64,000 nt of DNA from Candidatus Thalassarchaeaceae archaeon (GCA_030751995.1 JASMFB010000001.1:122-64121), one strand, 5' to 3'. Positions 51,700-62,629 are shown, numbered from the stretch's first letter. Translations and numbers: made by a program. The notes: generated from the letters alone by a model not told the origin.

Positions 51700-54600
51700 A
51701 TGCGTCGCGCCTGGGTTCCGTTCATCCTCGTCGCCCTGATGGTTACAATGCCTTGGGCAACGAGTGTTCCAGTGACATCTGAATCTTCGTTGGAATCCTC
51801 TCTTTGGACGGCCGCAGAAGCGGCTGAGAATTGGTACGAATCCGAGGGTTCCCCTGGTCCTAATGTTGCCATTTCTTCTGGTTCTGGTAAAATCTGGGTT
51901 CAGACTGGTGGTTTTGATCCCCTTTCTGAACAATCCGCAATTCCCCATCATCTGCAAGCCGACGATGACCCGTTCGCAACGGGCTTCATCATCGTGCAAT
52001 TGTATCTTAATGATGGCGTATTGGTGGAATCACTGGCCAAAGGTGTAGGTGCGACTGTCGTAGATACACTTCCCGAAGATGCTTGGATCCTGCGTCTACC
52101 CAGTAATGCATTAGGGCGCAGTACTGCAATTATTCAACTTGCTGATAATGAAAATGTTCGTTGGGTGGGGGCCCAACAACCGGCTTGGCGTCTTGATGTA
52201 GAACTTCATCAGGCGAGCGGATTTGTCGATTTGGACTTGACCTTGGCCCATGATGTCGATACCACTGAAATCGAGGAACATCTGTATATGGCGGGCTCGG
52301 ATTTCGTTCGTTGTGATGCTTATCTTTGTCAAGTCATTGGATTGGATTCTGCATGGTTACCGTCTCTAGCCAGAGATCACCGTCTGTTGTTCATCGAGCA
52401 ACACGATTCAATAGGAATTGTCAACAATTATGCCCGTAGCATCTCAACGATTGATGCTACAGTCAACAACCATAACGGTGGCCTTGATGGTACGGGGGAA
52501 GTTGGCGCACTGTCTGATTCTGGTCTAGATCAAGACCATGGTGACTTCAACAATCGAATCCGTGGCGTATATCACAACTACGGGCCAGATAATTCGGCTG
52601 CCGACACCAATTCTGGACACGGTACCCACGTATCTGGAACCATGCTTGGAGATGGTACTGGCGACTCATCCACTCGCGGCGTTGCTCCTGCTGCAACCTT
52701 CCATTTCTATCAACTTGAACACGACTCCTCAGGTCAGTTAGCACGCTGGGGTTCTCTCTACGATATGTTCCGCGATTCTCAACAGAAGAACGCACACGTC
52801 CAGTCGAACTCATGGGGCGCACAATCCTCGTGGGGACAGTACACTTCTGACTCACGTTCCGCTGATTCTTTCCTTCATGACTACGACGATTTCCTCGTCT
52901 TGTTTGCAGCGGGCAATGAAGGCAGCCAAGGAGCACAATCGATTGCTCCACCTGCTACGGCCAAGAACGTCTTGACTGTTGGCGCCTCTACGACTGGGCG
53001 CCCTGGTACTGCATCGGCAGGTCAAGTTGCTTCATTCTCTAGCATCGGTCCAACCGCCGATGGTCGAATCAAACCCGACATCGTCGCACCCGGCGTCCAA
53101 ATTTGTAGTGCAAGAGCCGAAGAAGCCCAGAATCCCGCTGGCTGGTCCTGTTCTAGCGCACGCCACTCGGGAACCACAACCCCACTTTACATGTCAGCAG
53201 ACGGAACCAGTGCAGCGGCACCGGTTGTGGGTGGTGCCGCCCTACTTGCTCGACAGTTTTTGAGAACCGAACTTTCGATTTCTAATCCAGACAGTGCCCT
53301 CATCAAGGCGATTTTAATCAATGGTGCGCGTGATATCGGCACGGCTAACATCCCGAACATGGATGAGGGCTGGGGTCAACTTGATCTTGAAGAGAGTCTG
53401 TATCCATATGATGGTATCATCGCTAAGAACATCTTCTACGACACATCTCAAACCCTAGCTCCGGGTCTTTCCTATTCCTACAATTATGCTCTGGATGGCG
53501 CATATGGTGTAGACGTCACACTTGTTTGGAACGATCAAGAAGGATCATCTTCTGCATCTCAGTCTGCCGCTCGCCTTGTCAACGACCTCGATTTGACAGT
53601 AACTGCTCCAGACGGTACTGTGTACAAGGGCAATGATTTCGCCAATGGTTTCTCTACCACTGGTGGTTCCAAGGATTCCCTGAACAATGTCGAGCGTGTT
53701 CGTTTGTCTTCGGGCCCGACTGGCGATTGGACAATTACTGTGGCCCACTCTGGTGGCTCGCACCAAGGATACGCTTTGGTCATCTCTGCTGTAGGGAATG
53801 AAAATCCAATCAGCGACATTGCAGTATTCGGTGGGTCGATTTGGGCCAGTCAAACGATGCCATTGGAGAATGATTACGTCCTCTTGAGAATGGCTTGGGT
53901 GAACCAAGCCCCGGCCATCACTACGAGTTACGAAGTCTTAGTTGAAGATATCACAGACAATGTGGTTCTGTGGAGTGGCACGCGTGCGCCTCTTGCAGGA
54001 GGGGCCTCGGATTCATTCTCTTTCCAGAAGCAATTCACGACAACCGGTATCCACACCATTCGTTTGACATTGGATTCAACCAACAATGTTACTGAAATGA
54101 ATGATGAGGTTGATGGGACCAACAACAATATGGCGGAACTGGATTTGAACATCACCGCCATCGGTGTTAGAATAACCCCACATATGCAAGACGGCTCAAT
54201 TCCTGCCGATAATGACGAGGTTGAGGTTGCGCGCAAGCAAACTCTTGATCCATCACTTGGAACTGAAGTTTCTTGGGATTTGACATTGGCGAACGAAGGA
54301 ACAAGCGATGAAGAAGTGGTCCTGGTCGTCACCCCTGTCCAGATGATGGAAGAGGGCGGTGCATTGCAACCTCCCGAAGATGATTGGGAAAAGGTATCTT
54401 CGGCACAGGGACCATTTTCTCTGACATCAGCCGAAGGGGTAGCCAACAGTACCCAAGTGACGGTAACTATGAGGGATTTAGATGCCGATCTGGACGCATT
54501 CAACGGCGCAAGGTACGCATTGCCTGGGACTTATGTTGTAGACATCATCGCCTACTATCGAATGAATCCAACGGTATCACACACGATTCGCTTAGAGGTC

Positions 54601-56511
54601 GAAGTACTCCGTGTAGAGGGCCTAGAAACCATCCTCGCAGGAACCAACAATCTTGGTGCCGTACCCGGGGATTTCGCCTCATTTTCCCTTTCCGTTTTGA
54701 ATACTGGCAACGGCGACACCGTCTATCAGATTTCATGTGAGACACCTAATCGATGGTCCATTGAATTGGGAACTGGGAATTCCTCGACTCTCACACTTGA
54801 GCCCTTGGCCCGCCTCCAATTCATTCCAGTCCCAATTCGTGTACGCGTGCCATACATTGTCAATGGTCTACCTGCAGCTGGGACTGTCGAGGATGTCACA
54901 TGTGTGACTTCTAGTCTTGCAGACCCGACTAAATCCACGACTGAGTCACCAGCAGATGGCGTTGAAGTTTGGATCAGTCGGGCCTTTAGTGCTGATTTGT
55001 ATGATGGAAACGGTGTCCCGTTGGGCCCTTCGGGTTTCATCGATGATATTTCAGTTGAGAACGAGCAACGAATCGAACATACATTGGTGATTGAGAACCG
55101 TGGAAACATCGAGATCGATTTCAGTGTCCGCGCTTCTCCTGCTTTGCCCCAGTGGGATTTGGACATGACAGCAGGATCTCTTGCCGACGACCGATTCCTT
55201 GAATTCACATTGCAACCGGGCACCTCACTAACCATCGACATCGTCATTCTTGTCCCTAACAATTCCAACGATGGAGATACCAATCAAATCGATTTCCGTA
55301 TTGAACTTGAAAACTCTGGATTCCAAGTTAACAGGACCCGATTGATCGTACAAGAAATTGCTGATTTTGCCATTCATCTTCCTGATTCTGGCTCGATTAC
55401 AGCATCAATTGGAGATTATGGATTGGCCGAGATTAATCTAGAGAATATAGGCAATGTTGACTTGCTCTTGAGTTGGTCATTTGGTACCCTTCCTGATGGC
55501 TGGCAGGTCGGTTTCGCATCTACTGCGCCCGGGGGTCTCCTCAATGGTGGGGATGCGAGTGTCACTGTCTCCCTCTCTGTAGCGTCCGGCACGCCTCCGG
55601 GCCCCGGTGAGACATTATCGATTATCATCGATGCCGAGACATTGGACGGCAACACACAATTCCAGAAAGTTGCTGAACTAGGCATCATCGTTGAACCGAG
55701 TCTATGGTTGACATTCGATACAGAAACCCGAATCGAAATTTCCCAAGGCCTACCCACGACTGGAAACCTATCTGTGACAAATTCAGGCAATATTGCTTGC
55801 GATGTCGCCTTGGCAATAGATACTCCCAGCGGCCTCGAAGTCGTTTTGGAAAATGATGCGTTAGTTGCCATGGCGATTGGCGAATCTCGAGTGGTAACCT
55901 TCACCTTGAGCAGTGATGATCTTCGGGGGCTTCACAGTGTCATATTCAGTGGGCAAGCGACACCCCTCACTGGTGAATCGCTACCCTCTGGAAATGATTC
56001 AGCCACTCTTGAGGTGTCAATTTCAGGAGATGGCGAATCCGACGGTATTGCTGGCCTTCTGGAATCTCTCGGTTTGCCACCGTGGACGATTGCCATTCTG
56101 GCCTTGCTCATTGTCGCAATGCTAGGTTTGGCCATACTTCGATTGCGTCGAACCGATCCTACGATTTCCCACGGAGAGGAACTATTGTCCCCCGGGGAAA
56201 TATTGGGTGCACAAGCCAGTCGCCGTGAAGCAGCACTCAACGTAGGTGCTTCTTCTGATAATCAGACCTCGGGTTCAGTCAGTGCAACTGAACTGGCAAC
56301 TGCCCTTTCTCAGAGTAGCCCAGCGTCCTTACCCCCACTTCCAGGCGGCCTCCCTTCCGGAAATCCACCAGCTACAGTACCTCAGGGTCTGCCTCCGGAG
56401 CCGATTGTGAGTGGCCCCCCATTGCCTCCGAGTGGCCTCCCACCAGGGTGGACAATGGATCAATGGAAACACTACGGTCACGAATATCTGAAGCGAACAG
56501 GTCAGCAGTGA
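51700..56511 (+). CDS. Giant (1603 aa) subtilisin-like serine protease (peptidase S8) with a long beta-rich C-terminal extension, single TM anchor and Pro-rich cytoplasmic tail
   Basis: Signal peptide: MRRAWVPFILVALMVTMPWATS. Catalytic motifs: Asp LSDSGLDQDHGDF, His SGHGTHVSGT, Ser GTSAAAPVVGGAALL. TM helix: WTIAILALLIVAMLGLAIL. The tail is ...PPLPGGLPSGNPP...GPPLPPSGLPPGWTMDQWKHYGHEYLKRTGQQ. Confidence 0.9.
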   Translation: MRRAWVPFILVALMVTMPWATSVPVTSESSLESSLWTAAEAAENWYESEGSPGPNVAISSGSGKIWVQTGGFDPLSEQSAIPHHLQADDDPFATGFIIVQLYLNDGVLVESLAKGVGATVVDTLPEDAWILRLPSNALGRSTAIIQLADNENVRWVGAQQPAWRLDVELHQASGFVDLDLTLAHDVDTTEIEEHLYMAGSDFVRCDAYLCQVIGLDSAWLPSLARDHRLLFIEQHDSIGIVNNYARSISTIDATVNNHNGGLDGTGEVGALSDSGLDQDHGDFNNRIRGVYHNYGPDNSAADTNSGHGTHVSGTMLGDGTGDSSTRGVAPAATFHFYQLEHDSSGQLARWGSLYDMFRDSQQKNAHVQSNSWGAQSSWGQYTSDSRSADSFLHDYDDFLVLFAAGNEGSQGAQSIAPPATAKNVLTVGASTTGRPGTASAGQVASFSSIGPTADGRIKPDIVAPGVQICSARAEEAQNPAGWSCSSARHSGTTTPLYMSADGTSAAAPVVGGAALLARQFLRTELSISNPDSALIKAILINGARDIGTANIPNMDEGWGQLDLEESLYPYDGIIAKNIFYDTSQTLAPGLSYSYNYALDGAYGVDVTLVWNDQEGSSSASQSAARLVNDLDLTVTAPDGTVYKGNDFANGFSTTGGSKDSLNNVERVRLSSGPTGDWTITVAHSGGSHQGYALVISAVGNENPISDIAVFGGSIWASQTMPLENDYVLLRMAWVNQAPAITTSYEVLVEDITDNVVLWSGTRAPLAGGASDSFSFQKQFTTTGIHTIRLTLDSTNNVTEMNDEVDGTNNNMAELDLNITAIGVRITPHMQDGSIPADNDEVEVARKQTLDPSLGTEVSWDLTLANEGTSDEEVVLVVTPVQMMEEGGALQPPEDDWEKVSSAQGPFSLTSAEGVANSTQVTVTMRDLDADLDAFNGARYALPGTYVVDIIAYYRMNPTVSHTIRLEVEVLRVEGLETILAGTNNLGAVPGDFASFSLSVLNTGNGDTVYQISCETPNRWSIELGTGNSSTLTLEPLARLQFIPVPIRVRVPYIVNGLPAAGTVEDVTCVTSSLADPTKSTTESPADGVEVWISRAFSADLYDGNGVPLGPSGFIDDISVENEQRIEHTLVIENRGNIEIDFSVRASPALPQWDLDMTAGSLADDRFLEFTLQPGTSLTIDIVILVPNNSNDGDTNQIDFRIELENSGFQVNRTRLIVQEIADFAIHLPDSGSITASIGDYGLAEINLENIGNVDLLLSWSFGTLPDGWQVGFASTAPGGLLNGGDASVTVSLSVASGTPPGPGETLSIIIDAETLDGNTQFQKVAELGIIVEPSLWLTFDTETRIEISQGLPTTGNLSVTNSGNIACDVALAIDTPSGLEVVLENDALVAMAIGESRVVTFTLSSDDLRGLHSVIFSGQATPLTGESLPSGNDSATLEVSISGDGESDGIAGLLESLGLPPWTIAILALLIVAMLGLAILRLRRTDPTISHGEELLSPGEILGAQASRREAALNVGASSDNQTSGSVSATELATALSQSSPASLPPLPGGLPSGNPPATVPQGLPPEPIVSGPPLPPSGLPPGWTMDQWKHYGHEYLKRTGQQ

Positions 56512-56565
56512 ACGGGTCCCGTAGGGCTCCGTTCAGTTCAAGAAGACCCCATTGTTCGCATCAGC

Positions 56566-57198
56566 ATGGCCTCATCCATCGTGCTGTTTGGACCCCCTGG
56601 GGCTGGCAAAGGAACTCAGGCCGGCAATATCGTCGCAATCACAGGGAAACCACAGGTCTCTACCGGTGATATGTTGCGTGCTGCTTTGGCTGCCGGTACG
56701 GCATTGGGGCATGAGGCCAAAGGATACATGGAATCAGGCCAACTTGTGCCGGATGAAGTCATCATCGGCCTCATTGAGGAGAGATTGACACAGTCCGATG
56801 CATCGGACGGTGTTTTGTTCGATGGATTTCCCCGGACCATTGCTCAAGCTGAGGCTCTTTCTGAAATTGCAGATGTCAGCGTTGTAATTGCAATTGAAGT
56901 GCCCGACAGTCGAATTGTTGCTCGAATCTGTGGCCGTTACACTTGTGCTAACTGCGATGCAGTATATCACGACACATTCAATCCAACTCAAACATCCGGT
57001 ATCTGTGATCATTGTGGACACTCAGAAATGAAGAGACGTGCTGACGATAATGAAGAGACAGTTCGAACTCGGTTGGCAGCATACCATGCTCAAACAGCGC
57101 CTCTCGCAGATTGGTATCGTCATCGTGACTTATTCGTGGCTGTTGATGGGGATCAAGATATTGACAAAGTCAGCCAGTTAATCTCCGCGGTACTCTAG
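56566..57198 (+). CDS. adk: Adenylate kinase with zinc-binding LID
   Basis: P-loop: IVLFGPPGAGKGTQAG. LID zinc site: CGRYTCANCDAVYH...CDHCGH. Confidence 0.9.
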   Translation: MASSIVLFGPPGAGKGTQAGNIVAITGKPQVSTGDMLRAALAAGTALGHEAKGYMESGQLVPDEVIIGLIEERLTQSDASDGVLFDGFPRTIAQAEALSEIADVSVVIAIEVPDSRIVARICGRYTCANCDAVYHDTFNPTQTSGICDHCGHSEMKRRADDNEETVRTRLAAYHAQTAPLADWYRHRDLFVAVDGDQDIDKVSQLISAVL

Positions 57199-57210
57199 GG
57201 AGGCGAATTC

Positions 57211-57552
57211 ATGGCACGTGGACGGCGAGGGCGACCCCGGGCTGCTGGCACGCGACGTCGCCGCGCCACGGAAGCTTCCAAACGCCTAGCGGAAATTCTT
57301 GAGAAGCCATGGTCTCATTCCGATTCAACTGTCGATGAGGCGGCCAAACAAATGTGGTTGATTGGACGACGACATCGTATTGGATTGCACTCAAATCATC
57401 GCATTTGGATTTGCCGTGGTTGCAAATCCCCGCTTCGCCCTGGAATCACCGCTCAAATCAGGATTCGACATGGGTGCCGAATCACTACATGCCAACGGTG
57501 CGGGAGAATTTCACGTCGTGGTCCAAATTTCCCTAGGGAGATGAATGAATGA
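57211..57552 (+). CDS. rnp4: RNase P protein subunit Rpp21 (Rpr2/Rnp4)
   Basis: Basic N-terminus with a helical region (ASKRLAEILEK). The zinc ribbon is CRGCKSPLRPGITAQIRIRHG...CQRCG. Length is 113 aa. The stop overlaps the next start (ATGA). Confidence 0.75.
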   Translation: MARGRRGRPRAAGTRRRRATEASKRLAEILEKPWSHSDSTVDEAAKQMWLIGRRHRIGLHSNHRIWICRGCKSPLRPGITAQIRIRHGCRITTCQRCGRISRRGPNFPREMNE

Positions 57553-57818
57553 CTGATGTACCAACCCACATCCGAAAAATGGCCCATGATCGAGAATTCA
57601 AGGTCACCATTCGAATCGGACGATCTGGATTATCGGATGCCATGTACGAGGAGTTGGACGCCCAATTGAGTTCACGCAAAGTCGTCAAAGTGAAGATGAA
57701 CAAAGGTCTGATCGAGGAAAGGGCAGACCGTAAAGCAGTTTTTCAAGAAATAGCAGATCGTGTCAATGCAATACTGGTTGATGCGCGCGGCAATGTCGCC
57801 ATTTATTGGCGTTCATAA
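57549..57818 (+). CDS. CRM-domain RNA-binding protein (YhbY/CRS1 family)
   Basis: 89 aa; KVTIRIGRSGLSDAMYEELDAQL...VVKVKM...VNAILVDARGNVAIYWR matches the YhbY fold pattern. Confidence 0.7.
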   Translation: MTDVPTHIRKMAHDREFKVTIRIGRSGLSDAMYEELDAQLSSRKVVKVKMNKGLIEERADRKAVFQEIADRVNAILVDARGNVAIYWRS

Positions 57819-57882
57819 TTGGACATTATCGTTCGCGCGCGTACGTATGTGTTGAAGAGTCGTCTCGTGCCGCCACCCTCTA

Positions 57883-59679
57883 ATGTCTGCCATCCCTCCA
57901 TCTTGGTTCCAGAGTATTCTCGGGGCCTTGATTCTGGCTCTATTGGTAGCCATTGCAATCCGTTGGGTGAAATTGCCATACACAATCGCCTTAGTCATAG
58001 TCGGATTGATGGTGGGCTGGCTCGGAGAATTCTGGATGCCCGAAGATATTGAACTTACAGGGCTTCTAACCGCTGAAACGATTTTCTTCATTCTGTTGCC
58101 ACCCCTACTGTTTGAAGGCGCCTGTGCGATGCATATACAGAAATTGAAACAGAATTGGCGACCCATCTCACTCTTGGCCATCCCTGGCGTTTTGATGAAC
58201 ACCGCCATTATCGGAATCATTTGTTGGAAATTTGTTTGGGCAGATACCGAACATGGTCTTCTCTATGGGTTGCTGTTGGGCTCGATTCTAGCGGCCACCG
58301 ATCCTGTCAGCGTTCTTGCTTTGGTGAAGACACTAGGTGCCCCCAAGCGATTATCAGTATTGATTGAAGGCGAATCTTTGTTCAATGATGGAACCGCCGT
58401 GGTTCTATTCAATATTCTTCTAGCGACAACCCTTGCTGTAGTATCGGGTGTCGATGTATCTCTGATGTCCATCTTCACAGCCGGTTTGAGTGAGTTCCTC
58501 CTCGTAGTCTTCGTTGGCGCAATCGCAGGTTTACTATGTGGATTGTTTGCCAATTGGTTACTGCATCAATCAGATGATCATCTTGTCGAAATTGCCATCA
58601 CACTTGCTCTGGCCTTCGGCGCTTTCCTATTGGCCGAAATGATGCATGGAAGTGGCGTCATCAGTGTGGTCGTCGCGGGATTGCTAGTGGGCAATCACGG
58701 GGTCAAGGAAGGAATGACGCCGACTGCAAGAATTGGAATGCATCACTTTTGGGAAGTTTTGGCATTCTTGGTCAACAGCGTCCTATTCCTCTTGATTGGC
58801 TATGAATTACAGGGAGCATTTGCATGGAATGCTCACGTACTCCATCTTGCTGCAGTTGGCATTGGTGCAGCATTGATTGCTCGCTTGGTCGTATTCCCTC
58901 TTACGACTCTCGCCAATATCAAAAATCCAAATCCTATCTCTAACCGCTGGCAGATTGCACTGTGGTGGGGCGGTCTTCGTGGCAGTATCCCCATCGCCTT
59001 GCTTCTTCTCATCTCCCACGTTGTCAGTCATCCGCCCGAGTTTGAGTACATGGGGGAAATGGTTTCTGGTGGCCAAATCACAGTTTATGACGACATGCTC
59101 ATTATCGCATTCAGTGTTGTATTGTTCTCTCTAGTGGCACAAGGCTTGACGATGAAACCAATGTTAAATCGCCTTGGAATCAGTGGTGCTCCGGCAGAGG
59201 CAGAAGTCCGGTACGAAGTTGCCCTGGCTGAAGTCATCGGTAGTCGAGCCGCCTTGCGCCGCCTTAGTGCTCTCAATACTCAAGGCCTCATCAGTGATGA
59301 CGACCAAGCCACTCTGGCAGAGCCTTATCGCGCGCGCGTGCGAGAGAGTGAAACAAAAATTCTTGAATTATCGGAGGCAAATGTCGTCCATTCGGCCCGC
59401 GTTGAACGTGCTCGTCGAGATCTCATCACAGCTCAGATTCAAGCCCTTCTCGACGCTGAACGCTCAGGTACCATTTCATCGGTCGTCGCCAGCGAGGTCC
59501 TAGATGGCCTCGACAAAGCGTTGGGTGAGAGTGAATTCATACAAGAGGAAATCCAAGATTCAGGTAGAACCGAGGATAAGGTCGAATCAATTGTTGAGGG
59601 TGAAATCTCGGAAGTATTGATTCCCGAATCGACCGAATCGATTGTAGGCCAATCACTGAATAAATCCGAAGAAGAATAG
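57883..59679 (+). CDS. nhaP: Na+/H+ antiporter, CPA1 family (NhaP-type) with C-terminal cytoplasmic regulatory domain
   Basis: About 12 TM helices. The CPA1 ATDPV motif appears as LAATDPVSVLALV. A cytoplasmic domain of about 180 aa follows. Confidence 0.85.
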   Translation: MSAIPPSWFQSILGALILALLVAIAIRWVKLPYTIALVIVGLMVGWLGEFWMPEDIELTGLLTAETIFFILLPPLLFEGACAMHIQKLKQNWRPISLLAIPGVLMNTAIIGIICWKFVWADTEHGLLYGLLLGSILAATDPVSVLALVKTLGAPKRLSVLIEGESLFNDGTAVVLFNILLATTLAVVSGVDVSLMSIFTAGLSEFLLVVFVGAIAGLLCGLFANWLLHQSDDHLVEIAITLALAFGAFLLAEMMHGSGVISVVVAGLLVGNHGVKEGMTPTARIGMHHFWEVLAFLVNSVLFLLIGYELQGAFAWNAHVLHLAAVGIGAALIARLVVFPLTTLANIKNPNPISNRWQIALWWGGLRGSIPIALLLLISHVVSHPPEFEYMGEMVSGGQITVYDDMLIIAFSVVLFSLVAQGLTMKPMLNRLGISGAPAEAEVRYEVALAEVIGSRAALRRLSALNTQGLISDDDQATLAEPYRARVRESETKILELSEANVVHSARVERARRDLITAQIQALLDAERSGTISSVVASEVLDGLDKALGESEFIQEEIQDSGRTEDKVESIVEGEISEVLIPESTESIVGQSLNKSEEE

Positions 59680-59750
59680 TCACTCATCAAGGCTGTTTTT
59701 TCACCTTCAAGATAAGGCATGTTCAAGAGCCAATTTCATGTCGAGGGGTC

Positions 59751-61196
59751 ATGGAGCCTCGAGTTTGGGTACTGCTCGTATTCGTGGCAGCGTTCGCTTT
59801 GATTCTTTCAGAGAAGATTCATCGAACAATTGCCGCTTGGTTTGGCTGTGTTTGCATGCTATTCTTGGGTTTGTCTATGGGCGTATTTAACAACTGTCAA
59901 ACCGTTGCAAGTGATGCTGGTGGCCATATTTTTGCTATATTCGGTGGAGGTGGTACCGTTGAAATTTGCCATCATTCACTTGAGGGCTTGATGCTGCATT
60001 GGATTCATTTCGATGTCATCGGTCTATTGTTGGGCATGATGATTTTCGCTGCCCTGCTTGAAGTCTCAGGATTCTTTGAGTATGTGTCTGTGAAGGCTGC
60101 TAAACTGTCGGGTGGAGATCCATGGAAATTGGTCGTCTATCTAGGCACATTCACTACCCTAATTTCCCTGGTGATTGACAATGTGACGGCGATTATCATA
60201 ATCGCACCGGTGACGCTCAGAATTTGTCAGAAATTGGAAATCAATCCTATTCCCCCACTGCTTGCGGAAGCCATTCTTTCGGACACGGGCGGAGTGGCCT
60301 CCATGGTCGGAGATCCCCCCAATGTCATGATTGCAAGCCAGGCCAGCAGCATGGATGAACTGGCCTCTTTGTTCGGATTCAATGGATTCTTGCTTCGATT
60401 GGGTATTCTGACTTTATTGGCTTGGGTTGCAACATTGGGATACCTTCGCTACTATTACAAGGATTGGCGCGAATCTAAGCCAGCCCACGTTGAATCAATC
60501 TTGGAAGAAGATGAGTGGGATTGTATCGAGCATCCAATGTTGATGAAGACAACACTATGGATTCTAGGTGCGACGGTTGTCATGTTCTCGGCAACTGAAT
60601 TTTTGCACCTACATGTTGAGATTCACGCGCTGGCTATGGCTGGTGCCGGTGTTGCGTTGATTGCTGCAAAGCCTGAAGACAATGAGATGCCAGGCCACGG
60701 GCTGATGCATGCAGTGACTGAGAAGGTTGAATGGCACGCTCTACTTTTCTTCGCTGGACTGTTTATTTTGGTCGGAGCGATGGGCAATGTTGGATATCTC
60801 AACGACCTCGCCAATTGGATTTTCGACAATTTCGGTTCCAATCATGTGATGCTTGCAGTCGCCATCATTTGGGTCTCTGCAATCGCCAGTGCCTTCATTG
60901 ACAACATTCCCTTCACTGCTGCGATGATTCCTGTGATTGTCGCCATCGGTGAAGCCGACCCTACCATCGATATGGCCCCACTATTCTGGGCACTTGCGAT
61001 GGGTGCAGGATTCGGTGGAAATGCGACACCAATAGGTTCCAGTGCCAACGTCATGACCGTCTCAATCAGTGAACGCGGCCCGAATCCAATCACGACGAAG
61101 GAATGGATGAGAGTTGGTTTCCCTGTGATGATGATTACTTGTGTTGTGGCTACGATTTTCATGATACTGTTCCACGGAACACTCTACAGTTCCTAG
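59751..61196 (+). CDS. Ion-transporter superfamily permease (ArsB/NhaD/CitMHS-like)
   Basis: 481-aa polytopic membrane protein. Duplicated hairpin-loop segments (VIDNVTAIIIIAPV ... AFIDNIPFTAAMIPVIV) are typical of ArsB/NhaD-family transporters. Confidence 0.75.
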   Translation: MEPRVWVLLVFVAAFALILSEKIHRTIAAWFGCVCMLFLGLSMGVFNNCQTVASDAGGHIFAIFGGGGTVEICHHSLEGLMLHWIHFDVIGLLLGMMIFAALLEVSGFFEYVSVKAAKLSGGDPWKLVVYLGTFTTLISLVIDNVTAIIIIAPVTLRICQKLEINPIPPLLAEAILSDTGGVASMVGDPPNVMIASQASSMDELASLFGFNGFLLRLGILTLLAWVATLGYLRYYYKDWRESKPAHVESILEEDEWDCIEHPMLMKTTLWILGATVVMFSATEFLHLHVEIHALAMAGAGVALIAAKPEDNEMPGHGLMHAVTEKVEWHALLFFAGLFILVGAMGNVGYLNDLANWIFDNFGSNHVMLAVAIIWVSAIASAFIDNIPFTAAMIPVIVAIGEADPTIDMAPLFWALAMGAGFGGNATPIGSSANVMTVSISERGPNPITTKEWMRVGFPVMMITCVVATIFMILFHGTLYSS

Positions 61197-61254
61197 GTTT
61201 GAGGCTACACCACTCGGCGGCAGCATCAAAACGGTCCACGTATCCAAGGGGTTC

Positions 61255-62529
61255 ATGCAGGAGTGCGATGCTTGTGGCTTGCTCTTCGGAGGAGCCGAGG
61301 AATGCCCTTCATGTGGGAGCCGTGTATCCCACACCGTACTCGAAAATATCGAGGATGGTAGGCATGGCCGCCCCGCTGGTCCACTTCCTGGTGAATCGGC
61401 ATTGGATGACGCTATTGCAGGCATCGAGGGATTGGACATAAGTCTCACACAGAACACCCAAACAAGTACTCCCTCCTCATTGCCCTTTCAGGTCGGAGGT
61501 AAAGGCCAGATTTCATCCACCCTTCCCTTTGGAGTCGGGGCGCCAGCAGGCATCATCATCGAGAGTGAGGACGACCTCCCTCAAGAGTCCCAAGTTCTAG
61601 AATCAACACCAATTTCTGAATCGGAAAATGAGGATCCATGGGCTATGCCAGAAGTCGAAGCAGCACCCGTTCTTCAGGCCTCAATCAGTTCGGTGGATGA
61701 GCAGAGCGAACCTCCCCTGATGGTGTTGCAAGCACGCACCGTCGTCACCGAGGAGGAACAATTGTCAGACTCCCCTGTCCTAGTGGAAAATGCTTACCAG
61801 ATTAAGGCAGCAGAATTCGACGCTGAACATGTATATGCTGTTAATGAAGAAGTTGTCATTCATGATTTCGACGATGAGCAATTAGTCACTGAAATCGTAG
61901 TCAATTTCGATGAACTTGTGGATCCAGCTGAACAAACAGTTCGCTTCAATCCAGAGTTGCTTTCTGAAGGTGAACCCGAATTAATGCCAGCAAAAGCACT
62001 GTCCATTGACGATGGCGGGGACGATAATGTCGCCGGACACACAATCGCCGCATTTGAAGCCCTAGGCGATGGTCGGTGGAAGGATGCTGCTGACGGTTTC
62101 CGAATCGTCTGTAATTCACTCCCAGGCGATTCAGCAGCGCTGAATAATTTCGGACTATCTCTTCTACAATTGGCCATTCAGGTACATGAGAGGAATCCTA
62201 CTGAAACTCCAGCAGAAGAGCCACATTTTGAGGCTGCTGTTCTGGCACTACGTCAGGCTGCACAACAAGACAAGTACAATCCAACCATCCTTTACAATCT
62301 GGCGACCTGTTTGGCCACCTGTGAACGCCATGGTGTGGCTAATCGAATTTGGGATGCCACAATTTCTCTCGCTCCCGAGGACGCTGCACCGTTGAATGGC
62401 AAGGCAGTTTCTCTCATTGCATTGAGCGAATTTGACACCGCTTCAACCCTCTTGATGCAGGCCCGTGAAATCTCTCCGTCAGAGCCTGTAATACTGCGCA
62501 ATTTACGACGTCTCAGACCCACGGTTTAA
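61255..62529 (+). CDS. Zinc-ribbon plus TPR-repeat protein
   Basis: N-terminus: CDACGLLFGGAEECPSCGS. An acidic linker follows. C-terminal TPR-like repeats: AAFEALGDGRWKDAADGF..., LNNFGLSLLQLAIQ..., LYNLATCLATCERHG.... Confidence 0.6.
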   Translation: MQECDACGLLFGGAEECPSCGSRVSHTVLENIEDGRHGRPAGPLPGESALDDAIAGIEGLDISLTQNTQTSTPSSLPFQVGGKGQISSTLPFGVGAPAGIIIESEDDLPQESQVLESTPISESENEDPWAMPEVEAAPVLQASISSVDEQSEPPLMVLQARTVVTEEEQLSDSPVLVENAYQIKAAEFDAEHVYAVNEEVVIHDFDDEQLVTEIVVNFDELVDPAEQTVRFNPELLSEGEPELMPAKALSIDDGGDDNVAGHTIAAFEALGDGRWKDAADGFRIVCNSLPGDSAALNNFGLSLLQLAIQVHERNPTETPAEEPHFEAAVLALRQAAQQDKYNPTILYNLATCLATCERHGVANRIWDATISLAPEDAAPLNGKAVSLIALSEFDTASTLLMQAREISPSEPVILRNLRRLRPTV

Positions 62530-62589
62530 CCGTCAATATTCGTCTAATGGCAGGAAAGGGCGAAATCACCCCTCTTCTCGTCACGCAGT

Positions 62590-62603
62590 CCCCCATTTTT
62601 CCC
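62590..62603 (+). terminator. Oligo-T tract (ccccatttttccc) 60 nt downstream of the TPR-protein gene
   Basis: A T5 run in GC context, as used by archaeal terminators. Confidence 0.3.
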
Positions 62604-62629
62604 ACCTTGTGATTCCCGAACCATTCATA

